From Octopus sinensis (taxonomy: Eukaryota), in the NCBI RefSeq assembly GCF_006345805.1, contig NC_043004.1, forward strand, positions 63,674,001 to 63,738,000: DNA of 64,000 bases, in the 5' to 3' direction. The translations under genes were made by a program, and so were the position numbers. The notes under the pieces were generated by a model. It worked only from the letters and a program-made list of their open reading frames with translations, did no database searches and had not been told where the DNA came from. Positions 40,340-53,321 of the stretch are shown here, piece by piece (positions within the stretch are counted from its first letter, which is position 1; each line of letters starts with the position of its first letter).

Positions 40340-41730
40340 GTTGACTCTGTCCGTTATCCGAGCTGCGTTCATTTTGTCTGTGCGTATGTGTGTGGATCAG
40401 TACGTGTGCGCATACACATATATGTATGTGTGCATGCATGCATATAAGTTTGTATATGCATGTGTGTGTAAGTCTGTGTGAGTATTTTTATATGTATGTA
40501 TGTAAGTTTTTTTTTCTTTCTGCATATTCACTTGTTTATGTTTTTTGTGTATGTATGTGTTTTTGCATGTGTGTGTGTGTGTGTGTCTGTACTTCTCTTA
40601 GGCAACATATTTAATGAAATCACTGGGAGCATCGACGATTCGGCATGAGTCGTCACAAGCAGCAACACTCCAAGTGTTGTTTTCCACTGCATTTTTCATC
40701 TAAAAAGTTTTTAACACCAGTGTCCGACATATCCACTTATCCAGCAGCATAATTTCGGAGAAATTCCACCTTCAGTACCGACATCACTTCAAACTAGCAC
40801 GTTTGCTGGAGAAGTAATGTGCATCTATTAGCATCTATTAGCTATTCCTGCAAATAACCATTGTTTTTATTTGTTGTTTATGAGAAAGTTTACTCGAAAT
40901 TAATGGGTGTTCGTAACCATATGTTACACAGTCAAAGTGGGGCAAGTGGATAGGATCACTTGTAGAATTCAAAAGTAAATCAATTATACGTGTTACGTGT
41001 TTTAGCCTTCTGACTACAGTAACTGTTAGGCCCAATCAACATTTCTTTATGCCAGTGTAAATAAAATAAATTACACAAATTGAAATAAAACAGGATTCGG
41101 TTTGATTCACACAAATGCATCGTAGATTATGATTTGTAATGTGTACAGTATCCCGTGAAGGGTGTTGGTAAAGAGAAATATATTAAAATATATACGGAAT
41201 GTCAATTGCCTATGCACTAATGACAGTTTGATAATAAAATATTATTCAAGACTATCAATTCTGAGTTACATAAGAGGTGGTGATTAAAATTATATGGCTT
41301 TAGATCAGTCAATTTCGATTATATTCAAAATATTCCCTTGTCGGATTTGCTAAGTTATTGCAGCGGCCCTTCAGTTTTTGTAAATCCTGTAAAAGTGATA
41401 GGAATGTTGGGTCGCCAACGATGTCTTTGCCGATACCCGTAAAACTCGAAAGTTTTCAGCAACCCCTCGTACATATTTCGCGCTGTGTTCCCCTAGTAAT
41501 TTCTTTTCTTTAAGAGTCATCAGTTGCAACTTGTTAATTCATATTTTCATCTCAGTGCTCAAAACTAAATTATCAGCTTAAATTTTACACTTGTGCATCA
41601 TTATCTCTTTGATGTTATGTCAGCTTCATTCTTGGAAAATCTTTTTGGTTTAATAACCCACTCGTAATGTTACTGTAGTCTAAGGAAATCTAACATGAGA
41701 TCTTTAACTTTTTTTTTTTTTACATTTCAG

Positions 41731-41763
41731 ACCGCTGAATAGTAGCGAGATGCCGGGAACAGA
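41731..41763 (+). CDS. Candidate micro-exon C, copy 0 (33 nt, PLNSSEMPGT)
   Basis: T-run-acatttcag| ... |gtaagta; only the phase-2 frame is open. Confidence 0.55.
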
Positions 41764-42527
41764 GTAAGTATTCGTTTATTGAAATACTTAAACGCCCCTT
41801 CGTTATGGTATCCGTTATATAAATACATTTATAAAGACATTGTTCCCCAATTCCTTTCTCTGTATACAATCATCACATACCCAGAGCATTACGTGATATT
41901 CACAAACTTCTTATTTGACAACCCCCAGAATTTTACATTACCATAAACCAAATTCGACATATACTTTGTGCAAATGTGTGTGTGTATGTAAGACTTTGTA
42001 CATATTTGCGCACGTGTGTGTATGTATGTATATATGCATTTCAATGTGTGTGCGTATGTATACGTATGAGTATGCAGAGGAACATGTATATATGCATATG
42101 CGAAAAGCACCAAATGTTTCATAGCTTCAATATGTGATAAAATATATGACAAATCCGAAATTTCGCAACCAGGTGCATATATATGCAAATAGGAACTACT
42201 GAGCGCACACACTTAGAATATATATGTGAATAAGATATATGTGCAGACATTCGTAAGTACGTATATGTGTAGAGACATGCGAATGTATGTATGTATGTAT
42301 GTATGTATGTATGTATGTATGTATGTATGTATGTATGTATGTATGCATGTATGTATGTATGTATGTATGTATGTATGGATGTATGACTCTATCTATCTAT
42401 CGATATATCTATCTATCTATGTATCTATATATGTATCTATCTTTCTATCTATTTATCGCTTTCTCTCTCTCACTCTATATCTACCTATCTTACTACCTAT
42501 CTATCTATCCATCTATCTATCTATCTT

Positions 42528-42632
<105 letters not shown>

Positions 42633-43589
42633 TTGTATACACAAATTCATGAGCATACATACCAACATATTGAGGGTCATGTATGTGTGAGTAAACGATG
42701 TGTAAATATACATATACACACAAAAACACACACACATATATATATATGTGTGTGTGTGGGCCTGTGTACTTGTGTGTGTGTGTACATGTCTGCGATTTAG
42801 TTTGTGTGTATGGATGGGTATGTGTCTGTGCTGTTGAACAATTTGCCAGATGCATTTCAGGATATATTTTATAATTTCATTAGGCAATTCCTATCTACCG
42901 TAAACTAAACATATTTTATTAGAAAATTGCTGACATTCTTCCCATGAAATTTCAGTCAACTTAATTTAATGAATTCACTAGGAGTATCGAAGTCTTGGCA
43001 TGAATTCACACTAGCAGCAACATTCCAAATGTTGTAATCCATTGAATTTAAATCTGATGAATTTTATGTACACTAGCCTCAATGTTTCATAATCATTAAC
43101 AATGTCAGGTAGGCATACTTGAATTTTACAATATATTTTGTATTCATGTGTGTGTGAGTGTTCGTAGAATTTTTGCGCACGTGTGTGTATGTATGTATGT
43201 ATGTGTCTGAGTATGCAGGCAGATGTATGTGTTTGATATGCGCGCATTCGTATGTATCTCCTTGCGTCGATATATACGAATGTATGTATGTATGTATGTA
43301 CAAGTGTATGTATGTACCTAAATATCGGTCGATCTAACTATCGGTATATCTATCTATTTGACTATATATCTATTTGTCTATGTAGCTATGTATGTATACA
43401 TGTATGTATATATGTATGTCTCCATCTATTTTTATCGTATATATCTCCCTCTAACCATCTATCTATCGATCTACCTATCTGTTTGACTATCTATTTGTCT
43501 CTATCTATTTATTTATATATATATTTATCTCTCCATCTATCTACCTGTCTGCCTGTCCGTCTGTTTATATATCTATCTCTCTATCTATC

Positions 43590-44013
43590 TGTATAACTTG
43601 AAAAGCAATGTGAGAATGGAGAGGCAGGTTTCCTCTATTGAAAGTTTCAAAAAATGAGGGTGAATGTGGCAGAGGTGGTTCGTGCGAGGGATGGAACCAC
43701 TTTTGATCCTGTTAATCGAGCAGAAAGAGAGAGAAGGAGCACTTTGCTCTGATGTGTTTGTTATTTCCTTGCCTGTCTTTTCCGTAGGCTTTTCTTTCCA
43801 CGGATAAACCTAATTTGGCTTCTTACATTTCAAAAATTTCTTCTGTGATACACAATCCCTTTTGATCGACTTCTTTTGGCCCCCGACCCCTTTTGATCGG
43901 AAGTTTACTTTTTTCCTCTTTTTCACTCCTTTTCTTTGTCATTTTCGAAAAGAAAAGCTCTACATTTGTATTTGTCCCTTCTGTGTTCAGCCTTGTGTGG
44001 TCAATAAAGTAAG

Positions 44014-44096
<83 letters not shown>

Positions 44097-44135
44097 GCTA
44101 TCTAGCTATCTATCTATCTAGCTATCTATCTATCT
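43590..44135 (+). mobile_element. 5'-truncated Tx1/L1-like LINE (ORF2 end, 3' UTR, AATAAA, (TATC)n tail)
   Basis: LKSNVRMERQV...FKK..VNVA is homologous to the end of ORF 45484-47064; caataaa then (tatc)n. Confidence 0.75.
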
Positions 44136-47100
44136 ACGCTTTCAAATGTCTGACAGGTTCCGACTAGACCACCTGAAGGCGCCAACGTGGCCATGGAGCA
44201 ACGGCATCGGGTCGTCGAGATCGTATCTAGATAGGATACTGTGTAGGACAGTAGATAGAGATAGCATAGGATGTCCACAATTCTACATAGTTAGCTACAC
44301 GGATCACAAACTTGTGACATGTACGCTAGACTTAGGTAAGTCACTTAGGCAGGGTCCCGGATACTGGAAACTAAACGCGTCTTTCCCATCGAGACAAGTT
44401 TTCAGAGACCGGATTAGCACACTAATAAAGAGGGCTTTGACGGGAGCCATCATCAACAACAAATGGTGGTTTGCCCTCAAGAGAGCAGTAAAAGCAGAAG
44501 CGATTAGGTACAGCAAAGCACTAACCATAGATAGAAATAGAGTAGAGGGTGAGCTAGTTAAGAAGCTAGAACAGGCAATTAGAAGCGGCATCGCATCCGA
44601 CGTTTTGGCGGCGAGGTTGGCCCTCGACAAATACTCCAACGCCAAACACGAAGGGTGTGTTTTCAGAGCTAGGATACGTGCTCTAAGGAACGAAGGTGTT
44701 GGAGCCGCGAGAGAGGCCCGGGTGGCAGAGGCGCAACAGGGCAACAAAGCCACCATTCAGTCTCTGGTAGATGAACAGGGGCGCGAATTGATCGAACCAA
44801 GTAAAATGTGTGAGGCCTTTCAACAGCACTTTGCCCGCCTTTTCGGGACAAGTGGCGGGCAAGAACGTAGGGTGGACTTCAGTGCCTACCTACACAGCCT
44901 ACCACGACTCTCGACAAGAGAGGCAGGGTGCTGCGAAGGTGCCATCACGGCGGCGGAAGTGCAGGACGCGATGGCAGAATGCTCGAGGGACAAGTCACCG
45001 GGTTTGGATGGTCTACTCTACGAGCTTTACAATTGTATGCCAGACTTGTTTGGAGATGTCTTGGTAGCGGTATACTGCAACTGGCAGCAAAACGGGAGCA
45101 TTCCTGGTTTTCTGAGCCGAGGAGCCGTAACACTGCTGAAGAAAGATCTAAACAAGTGAAATGTAATAGATAACTTTAGGCCCATCACTCAGCTTAATGC
45201 AGACCTGAAAATTTTGGCCAAGGTGCTAGCCAAGAGGTTGGCGCTTGTCATCGAGAAACTGGTCGACAAGGCGCAAGCATGCGCCGTGCCGGGCCGGACC
45301 ATCCATGACAACCTCCACCTGATGCGCTACATCATAGACAGGGTAGTTAACGAACCTGGCATGGGTGGGGCGCTGATCAATTTGGATCAATCGAAAGCTT
45401 TCGATAGGATGGACCATCGATATTTGGAGGCAGTCCTCAGAGCGGCTGGCTTCGGTCCCGTCTTCCGCGGCTAGATAGCCGCTTTGTACAGAGGCATACG
45501 TTCGGTAGTTCGTGTAAATGGACATCTATCGAGACCTTTCGACATTGCACGTTCGGTCCGTCAGGGATGCCCCCTCTCGTCGCTTCTATACGTATTGACT
45601 CTCGAGCCATTATTGCGGAAGCTGGCAACTTTGAGGGGCATCCCGCGAGAACTGGGATGCGGGACGAGCGTGTCTGTATACGCGGACGACGTCACCGTCA
45701 TTGTGTCTAGCCACGAGCACATCGAGCAGGTCGGCGAGACATTGAAAAACTACGAAGGGGTGACAGAAGCGAAAATCAACCGGGAAAAGTCAGTGGGCTT
45801 GCGACTAGGCACCTGGAGAAGCAAGCCCATGCCGTCCACCAGCGCCTCTGTCGTGCGACGCTGGACCGACGGTCCGGTCGAGTTGCTCGGGGTCTGGTTC
45901 GGTCCGGACCTCCAAGTGGAGAAGAACTGGAACGAGATAATGAGTAGGGTGGTCACTCTCGCCCGGCAATGGGCCGAGAGGAAACTGTCCCTAAAAAGTC
46001 GGGCGGAGGTGGCGAACACGTACATCGCGTCCGTCATCTACTACCGCCTGACCGTCGTACCTTGTCCCGACTCTACCATCACCAAACTAGAACGCATTCT
46101 CTTTCGCTTCTTGTGGAAAGAATGCGTCCCGATGGTCAGGCGATCCATTTGCTGTCAACACTCGTTAAAAGGAGGACTGGGCATGCCGTGGTTGATGATG
46201 CGCAGACACGCGCTGAGACTGCGACATCTCAGGCTCTTCGTAGACGACGGTGAACAGGTGTGGTCGCCGTTTGTGAGGCACGCTTTCCCGCAGCTCGTCT
46301 CCATGACCGAACTGCAGTCGTGGATCAAAAAGAGGCCGAGGAAGGGCGAATGGCACCGCGAGTGTCGCGTTGCTCTCAAGCAACTATGCCGTCCCGGGTC
46401 GACCTTGAGTGACTCCATCACAACCCAAGCATTCTATAGGGGATTAGTGGAGGTGAGGTACGACGACGACCTCGGGGTGAACTTGGACGTCGACGACGAA
46501 TACCTGACCCGCCTGTTAGGGACGACGTTCGGGCCAGGGCCCATGGACAACTTCCAGAGATCCCTGGCCTGGCAGTACTATCGAGAAGCGCTACCCGTTC
46601 GGGATAAGCTCTATAGGCATGGCTCGAAAAACACGGGGCCGACCTGCCCGAGATGCGGTCAGAGCGACGAAACCGTTCTGCACGCACTCGTGCAGTGTCC
46701 AGCAATTTCCGACCTGTGGGCTTATGTCGAACAACTGTTGTCACGTGTGGGACGAGTCGGTTTATCAGCTGAGTCTATCGTCAATATTGTCACGCCTCCT
46801 TCCTTCAAACGGGAAGGAAGAGCTATTTTCATCATCCTTGTGGCTATGGCGAAGGAATGTATCTGGTGGACGCGTCTGAAAGGATTGGAGACAAACACTT
46901 TCCTCTCTGGTCAATCTCTCATCAACTTCTTCAAGTACCACTTGAAAAGGAAAGTGAGAGTAGAGAGGCAAGTTTTGTCTAACGAATGTTTTAAAAAAAG
47001 ATGGGTAAATGTAGCAAGGGTGGCACGTATGAATGACGAAGCCACCTTGAGCATAATCCTATGAACCCAGAAATTGAAAACAGAGGGTTACCCACTTGCA

Positions 47101-47520
47101 ATCAAATGTGGTAACATATAACAATATTGACCGATGTTACCGTGGTCTTTTTTGTAGGCTTTTCTTCCAACGGATATACCTTATCTGCTATCCTTTTTAC
47201 ATCGTACATCATGACACTGTGATACACGATCCCTATTGATAGTTTTTTCCTCTCCCCCTTTTTCCTCTTTTTTCTTCCTTTTTTATTTTTCTTTTCCTTT
47301 TTTTCTTTTTTTCTTTTCTTTTTCTTTGTTTTTCCTTCTTCCACTTTTACGATCCCTTTTGATAGAAAACCTACGCCACTTTTTTTGTTTCTTGTTTATT
47401 GTTTTCTTTTGTTTTTTTTCCTCCCACAAAAGAAAAGCTCTACCTTGTAATTTGTCCCATCTGTGTGCATTCCTGTGTGGCCAATAAAGAAACTTATTTA
47501 TCTATCTATCTATCTATCTA
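44136..47520 (+). mobile_element. 5'-truncated Tx1/L1-like LINE with nearly intact ORF2 (APE end, RT, C-terminal Zn finger) and 3' UTR
   Basis: One frame 44146-47064 broken only by TGA 45157-45159 and TAG 45472-45474: SYLDRI, TDHK, WKLN, KSPGLDG, LDQSKAFDR, VRQGCPLS, VYADD, KINREKS, GGLG, CPRCGQSDETVLHALVQC. T-rich 3' UTR, AATAAA, (TATC)n. Confidence 0.92.
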
Positions 47521-47531
47521 TAAATATATCT

Positions 47532-50388
47532 GTCTTGACTGACGTGATGCCGCATCGGCTCCGCAGGTGACCCCTTTTTTTTCGAACATTTATTGTTTCA
47601 ATTTCTGCACACAAAGTACCCAGCTTTCGTTTGAGTGTGTTTTCAAGGGAGAAATTGACCCCCTAGAGGCAGTTTCATACCTATTTACATATCTCTTTTC
47701 ATCGATTTCCATGCCATATTTCTAAACTAATATGGCTAAGCGAAACCATGAAGCTGACCTCCCGACTCTACCAATGCTAGAGGCGAAGGAAGCTGAAAGC
47801 AAAGTCGTTCCGCGTGAACGCACACAAGCCTTTGATGGCACGAATGCTTCTGCTACTATAACCACTACGCCATCACCACCACAACCAATACGAATACTGA
47901 AAACAATTTTGCCGCAGCTTTGAAGTTAGAGAAAACAGTTCTATGCTTTTCCAAAGAAGAACCGCCCGCCTGTAAAGCGATGTTTAAAAGAGACGACCTC
48001 TGCATACAACTACACACACCACAAAACATCACAGAAAGAATCGAAACAAAAAATTCAGTTAGTTACCGAACACTCAGTCTAAAAACAAAAGCTATACGAA
48101 AAGGCCGCTCAAGAAAATGTTGAAAAATGTTTAAGGCCTATATAGGCCATTAATGATTACATTACAAGGGGTGACAGATTTGCCACGACTGAAGTTCGAT
48201 TCGACACTGAAGAAAGAGCCGAGGACATCTGCACAAAGTCCTTCCAATTTGAAAACCGGATTGGCCAAGAAATTGAAATTCTTGCTGAAATTAATCCGAT
48301 GATGTTCGAAAAAATTCTACATAGAATCCAATGAGAGAGGACATAGAAGGCAGAAAGCTACGTTGCTATGTTTGTAGTAGCAAAGCACACTTACAAATTA
48401 ACCGCCCACTAGCACAGAATCAATAACAACAGCAACAACAACGACTACAAGATCACGAAAAACAAAAATAACCACAAGGAAACCAAAAACCGTGCAAATA
48501 AACCAGCACTGTTACCCACACCGCCATATGCAGAACTAATTAAACAACTCTACAAACAAATAGAGGAACATCAGCAACCAACAAGTCAACCCAACCAAAC
48601 AACATCACCACCAGCGCCACCAAAAATAGAAACAACACCAACATCACCACCAATAACAACAACAACTTCAAAGGAGGAAGAGAAAACCAAAACGACTCAT
48701 ACCCCGCCCCCAAAACCCACACGCCACACCCCAACTGTTACCAACCAGCACCAACACCAATGACAAATTCAACACACTCAGAAGTAGACCCCAATACACT
48801 TCCCCTCCCACCTTCGGATCCTCCGATATGTCGTCAGATGAAGAAAACGACACAGGGGATTGGCAAGTGTCCACAACCAATCTGGCAAAATGTTGTATAT
48901 CATGCGAGAGGGAATTAGTTCGCAACAATAGAGGTGCGAGTCGCAAGTGAAGATAAGGCCAGGCAACACTCAACGTCACCTGTGAGATAGAACGAAGTGG
49001 TACTACTACCCATCTACTTAGGAAGGCGAACTTCCAACGTGAAGGTAGGATAAATCCCAGCGCGGTAGACGTCGCCTTGCTGGTGGCCGCTAACGTTTTG
49101 GGCTTGGAAGATAAAGTGACAATCCTCCATGCCTCGAAAATTCATCAACAAAATTGGTAGGGTCAAGGCCTGGAAATATTATCACAGGCCGCAGCGCAAG
49201 ATTACCTCAAATTGATTGCAGACATCATACGAGTAGGGGACGAAACGATCCTGAGATTAATGGTGGAGAGAAGAAAACCAAGCGATCTGAATGCCCTCCA
49301 CCAGTGAAAACAAAAGCTCCCCCACCCGCTGCGGAATCAGCCGCACATCCTACTGCGCTAGTGGTCTAAGAGACAAGCAGAGAGGAACAGCAAAACATGA
49401 AAAGAAAAGAAGCACAAACCTTGGACAGTGAATGAAGTGAAGTATCATGGAAGAAAAAGAAAGATCCCATCATTCTTCAACGGACGCTTTTCCCCAAACC
49501 ATGTGCACAGACACTGACTCCAAAACGGCTCCTACAGTCACCAGTCTCCAAACCTCCACCTGTTATACTAATCTCCCCCTCCCCACAGTTATAAACACTC
49601 GCAGAGCCCCCAAGATTCTCACACCCGTCCCACATAAAAATTATATATATCTGCGTATGATGCAAACAATTAAATTTGTTTAAATGAAATTGCCACAATT
49701 TAACAAAACGCACAAACATTTACTTGTCCTGATATCAGTGGTGTTCCCACCCACATAGATTTTATCTATATAGATAGGACCAACCACAAATGTTTAAAAA
49801 ATATATTTCCTGAGGAGGTTGGCTCTCCAAGAAAAAGTATTTTGACAGCACCCTATAATAAACTCATTGTGTCCCCACCAACCACGAATGATGAGGAGGA
49901 TTAACCATCCTCCAGGACTGTTATTTATCTTTTTGGTTTCCCTTAATGTAGGATATATAAATGTGCGCGGCCTGGGTTCGATAAGAAAGTAGGGTTTCCT
50001 CTCTGACGATCTCAGGTCGCTTAGACGGGATGTTGTTGTTATTACTGAAGCCAGACTGTGAGGGCTGCAGACTTTCTCACTCCTGTTAAACGACTACGAG
50101 AAAATTATTTCTCTATGTGAAACGGCAGGGGTGAGTGGCGTCATGGTTCTTCTCAGGAAGACTTTGAAGTTACAGATAAGAATAATCTTTGTTGACCCGG
50201 AGAGCTAGGCTGGTCGTCGTTGATGAGACGCACAGCAGTGGTAAGTCAGGTTGCTGGTTGTCTACCGTCTTTGTAGAGTGGGACAGTTCGACGTTTTTCA
50301 ATCTCTTGAAAATTCTCTAGGCACATAAAACACAGTAGTGGTGTTAGGAGACTTTATACAATCTGCAATGCACGCGTAGATTATGTTC
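47532..50388 (+). mobile_element. 3'-truncated, decayed Tx1/L1-like LINE: 5' UTR, ORF1, start of APE endonuclease
   Basis: ORF1 remnants from 47732; at about 49945 LNVGYINVRGL...ITEARL...GVMVLL...VDP..RLVVVD...VLGDF, the APE N-terminal motifs. Many stops. Confidence 0.78.
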
Positions 50389-50413
50389 ATAATTAATCTT
50401 GATTAATCCACAG

Positions 50414-50542
50414 CTAAGAACGTAAGCATGGGCAAAATGATGCTGAACTCTCTGCAAGGCATACTATTCTGCAAGCTCTCCGTTCAAATCTGTTCATATT
50501 GCTCTCAATGTCTGAAAAAATGCCATCCGTTTTGGGAAAGAT
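50414..50542 (+). CDS. Candidate exon A, copy 1 (129 nt; partly UTR, frame unresolved)
   Basis: cacag| ... gat|gtaagtc; the frame compatible with B and C reads ...MSEKMPSVLGK(I). Acceptor is weak. Confidence 0.4.
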
Positions 50543-50661
50543 GTAAGTCGATTACATCGACACCAGTGTTCAATCATTTCTTAATGTTGTAATTTATTCC
50601 ATAAGCCAAATACAGAAATCACAGCAGTAACATATGTTTCTGCTTTCCATTTAAATTTCAG

Positions 50662-50703
50662 ATTCAGGGGGGATGAAGTCAATGCGGATTCTTCGAGTTT
50701 CCC
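50662..50703 (+). CDS. Candidate micro-exon B, copy 1 (42 nt, FRGDEVNADSSSF)
   Basis: tttccatttaaatttcag| ... |gtaagtt; phase 2-2. Confidence 0.55.
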
Positions 50704-51563
50704 GTAAGTTCTTCGCTACCGACATATTTCTATCCTCACTCTGAATCCAGTACAGCCAATTAAATACACAGGATTTTAGGGACCACAGTACTCGTAACAA
50801 AACAACATTTATAGTCAATTTTGACAACAGAAGTTATCAAAATAAGGAGTGTCCTGTTTTGATATAATAGGCAGACACTAGTGTATTGAAGCAGCAAATA
50901 ATTGCTAGAATACAGTAAAGACGAATGATCAGTGAAATATTACCTTTCAAGTAATGGCTGATGGAGGAAATAACTGATTCATTGACAAAGATATAGCACA
51001 TTCCATTCAAGAGTGTCTTTTAATAGATATTTTCCTTGATTCACGTGCCCATTTCTAAATTTCTACTCTTCAGTTAATAATTAATCTTGATTCTTTCACT
51101 GGTATTTTAATTTTAGTGCGTAACATAAACCACAGAATGTCGATGCTCTCTTTCTAAAATTATTTCATACTTACCCTTGATCATTTCTGTATCCTGTCGA
51201 TATATCAATCTTATTTTGATAATCAAACAGATAGGAATGTTGGGTCGCCAACGAGGTCTTTGCCGATACCCGTAAAACACGAACCTTTTCAGCAACCCCT
51301 CGTACATATTTCGTGCTGTGTTCCCCTAGTAATTTCTGTTCTTTAAGAGTCATCAGTTGCAACTTGTTAATTCATATTATCATCTCAGTGCTCAAAACTA
51401 AATTATTAGCTTAAATTTTACACTTGTGCATCATTATCTCTTTGATGTTATGTCAGCTTCATTCTTGGAGTATCTTTTTGGCTTAATAACCCACTCGTAA
51501 TGTTACTGTAGTCTAAGGAAATCTAACATGAGATCTTTAACTCTTTTTTTTTTTATATTTCAG

Positions 51564-51596
51564 ACCGCTGAATAGTAGCAAGATGCCGGGAACAAA
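51564..51596 (+). CDS. Candidate micro-exon C, copy 1 (33 nt, PLNSSKMPGT)
   Basis: T-run-atatttcag| ... |gtaagta; only phase 2 open. Confidence 0.55.
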
Positions 51597-52249
51597 GTAA
51601 GTATGCGTTTATTGAAATACTTAAACGCCCCTTCGTTATCATATCCGTTATATAAATACATTTATAAAAATATTGTTCCCCAATTCCTTTCTCTGTATAC
51701 GATCATCACATACCCAGAGCATTACGTGATATTCACAAACTTCTTATTTGACAACCCCCAGAATTTTACAATATATTTTGTATTCATGTGTGTGTGAGTG
51801 TTCGTAGATGCTTTCGCACGTGTGCGTATGTATGTATGTATATATGTGTTTGAGTTTGCGAGCGGATGTATGTGTTTGAGATGCGCGCATTCGTACGTAT
51901 CTCCTTGCGTCGATATATACGAATGTATTTATGTATGTATGTATGTATGTATGTATGTACAAGTGTATGTATGTACCTAAATATCGGTCGATCTAACTAT
52001 CGGTATATCTATCTATTTGACTATATATCTATTTGTCTATGTAGCTATGTATGTATACTTGCATGTATATATGTATGTCTCCATCTATTTTTATCGTATC
52101 TATCTCCCTCTAACCATCTATCTATCGATCTACCAATCTGTTTGACTATCTATTTGTCTCTATCTATTTATTTATATATATATTTATCTCTCCATCTATC
52201 TACCTGTCTGCCTGTCCGTCTGTTTATATATCTATCTCTCTATCTATCT

Positions 52250-52673
52250 GTATAACTTGAAAAGCAATGTGAGAATGGAGAGGCAGGGTTCCTCTATTGA
52301 AACTTTCAAAAAATGTGGGTGAATGTGGCAGAGGTGGTTCGTGCGAGGGATGGAACCACTTTTGATCCTGTTAATCGAACAGAAAGAGAGAGATGGAGCA
52401 CTTTGCTCTGATGTCTTTATTATTTCCTTGCCTGTCTTTTCCGTAGGCTTTTCTTTCCACGGATAAACCTAATTTGGCTTCTTACATTTCTAAAATTTCT
52501 TCTGTGATATACAATCCCTTTTGATCGACTTCCTTTTGCCCCCGACTCCTTTTGATCGGAAGTTTACTTTTTTCCTCTTTTTTCACCCCTTTTGTTTTTC
52601 ATTTTCGAAAAGAAAAGCTCTACATTTGTATTTGTCCCTTCAGTGTTCAGCCTTGTGTGGTTAATAAAATAAG

Positions 52674-52764
<91 letters not shown>

Positions 52765-52765
52765 C

Positions 52766-52800
<35 letters not shown>
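52250..52800 (+). mobile_element. Duplicate of the 43590-44135 LINE 3' fragment with (TATC)n tail
   Basis: About 9 differences in the first 270 nt versus 43600-43870. Confidence 0.75.
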
Positions 52801-53227
52801 AAACAGAGTGTTACCCACTCGCAAACAAATGTGGTAACATATAACAATATTAACCAAGGTTACCGTGGTCTTTTTCGTAGGCTTTTCTTCCCACGGATAA
52901 ACCTTACTTGCTTTCCCCTTTACACCATATATCATAACACTGTGATACACGATCCCTATCGATCGTTTTTTTTCCTCTTCCCTTTTTTCCCCTTTTTCTT
53001 TTTTTTTTCATTTCTCTTTTCTTTGTTCCTTTCCTTTTCTTTTTCTTTTTCTTTTTTTCTTTTTTATTTTTTTTTTCTTCCCTTTTACGATCCCTCTTGA
53101 TCGAAAACCTACGCCACCCCTTTTTTTTGTTTCTTTTGTTTTGTGTTTTTTTTTATCCCCCAAAAGAAAAGCTCTACCTTGTAACTTGTCCCATCTGTGT
53201 GCAGCCTTGTGTGGCCAATAAAGAAAC

Positions 53228-53275
<48 letters not shown>

Positions 53276-53321
53276 ATTTCTCTCTATCTATCTATCTATC
53301 TATCTATTTATCTATCTGTCA
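52801..53321 (+). mobile_element. 3' UTR-only Tx1/L1-like LINE insertion with (TATC)n tail
   Basis: Homologous to 47077-47520 but about 12% divergent; AATAAA then (tatc)n. Confidence 0.7.

Noticed and set aside
44136-50388. Looks like a circularly permuted full-length LINE (ORF2 3' part before 5' UTR, ORF1, APE start, with near-complementary breakpoints)
   Set aside because: The two halves have very different decay and D2 lacks the ORF2 half, so separate insertions explain it better.
51113-51362. Repeated minus-strand ORFs (…LLGEHSAKYVRG…) superficially like the M13 GENIAD motif
   Set aside because: Only LGE matches, there is no flanking M13 similarity, and recurrence reflects the tandem duplication.
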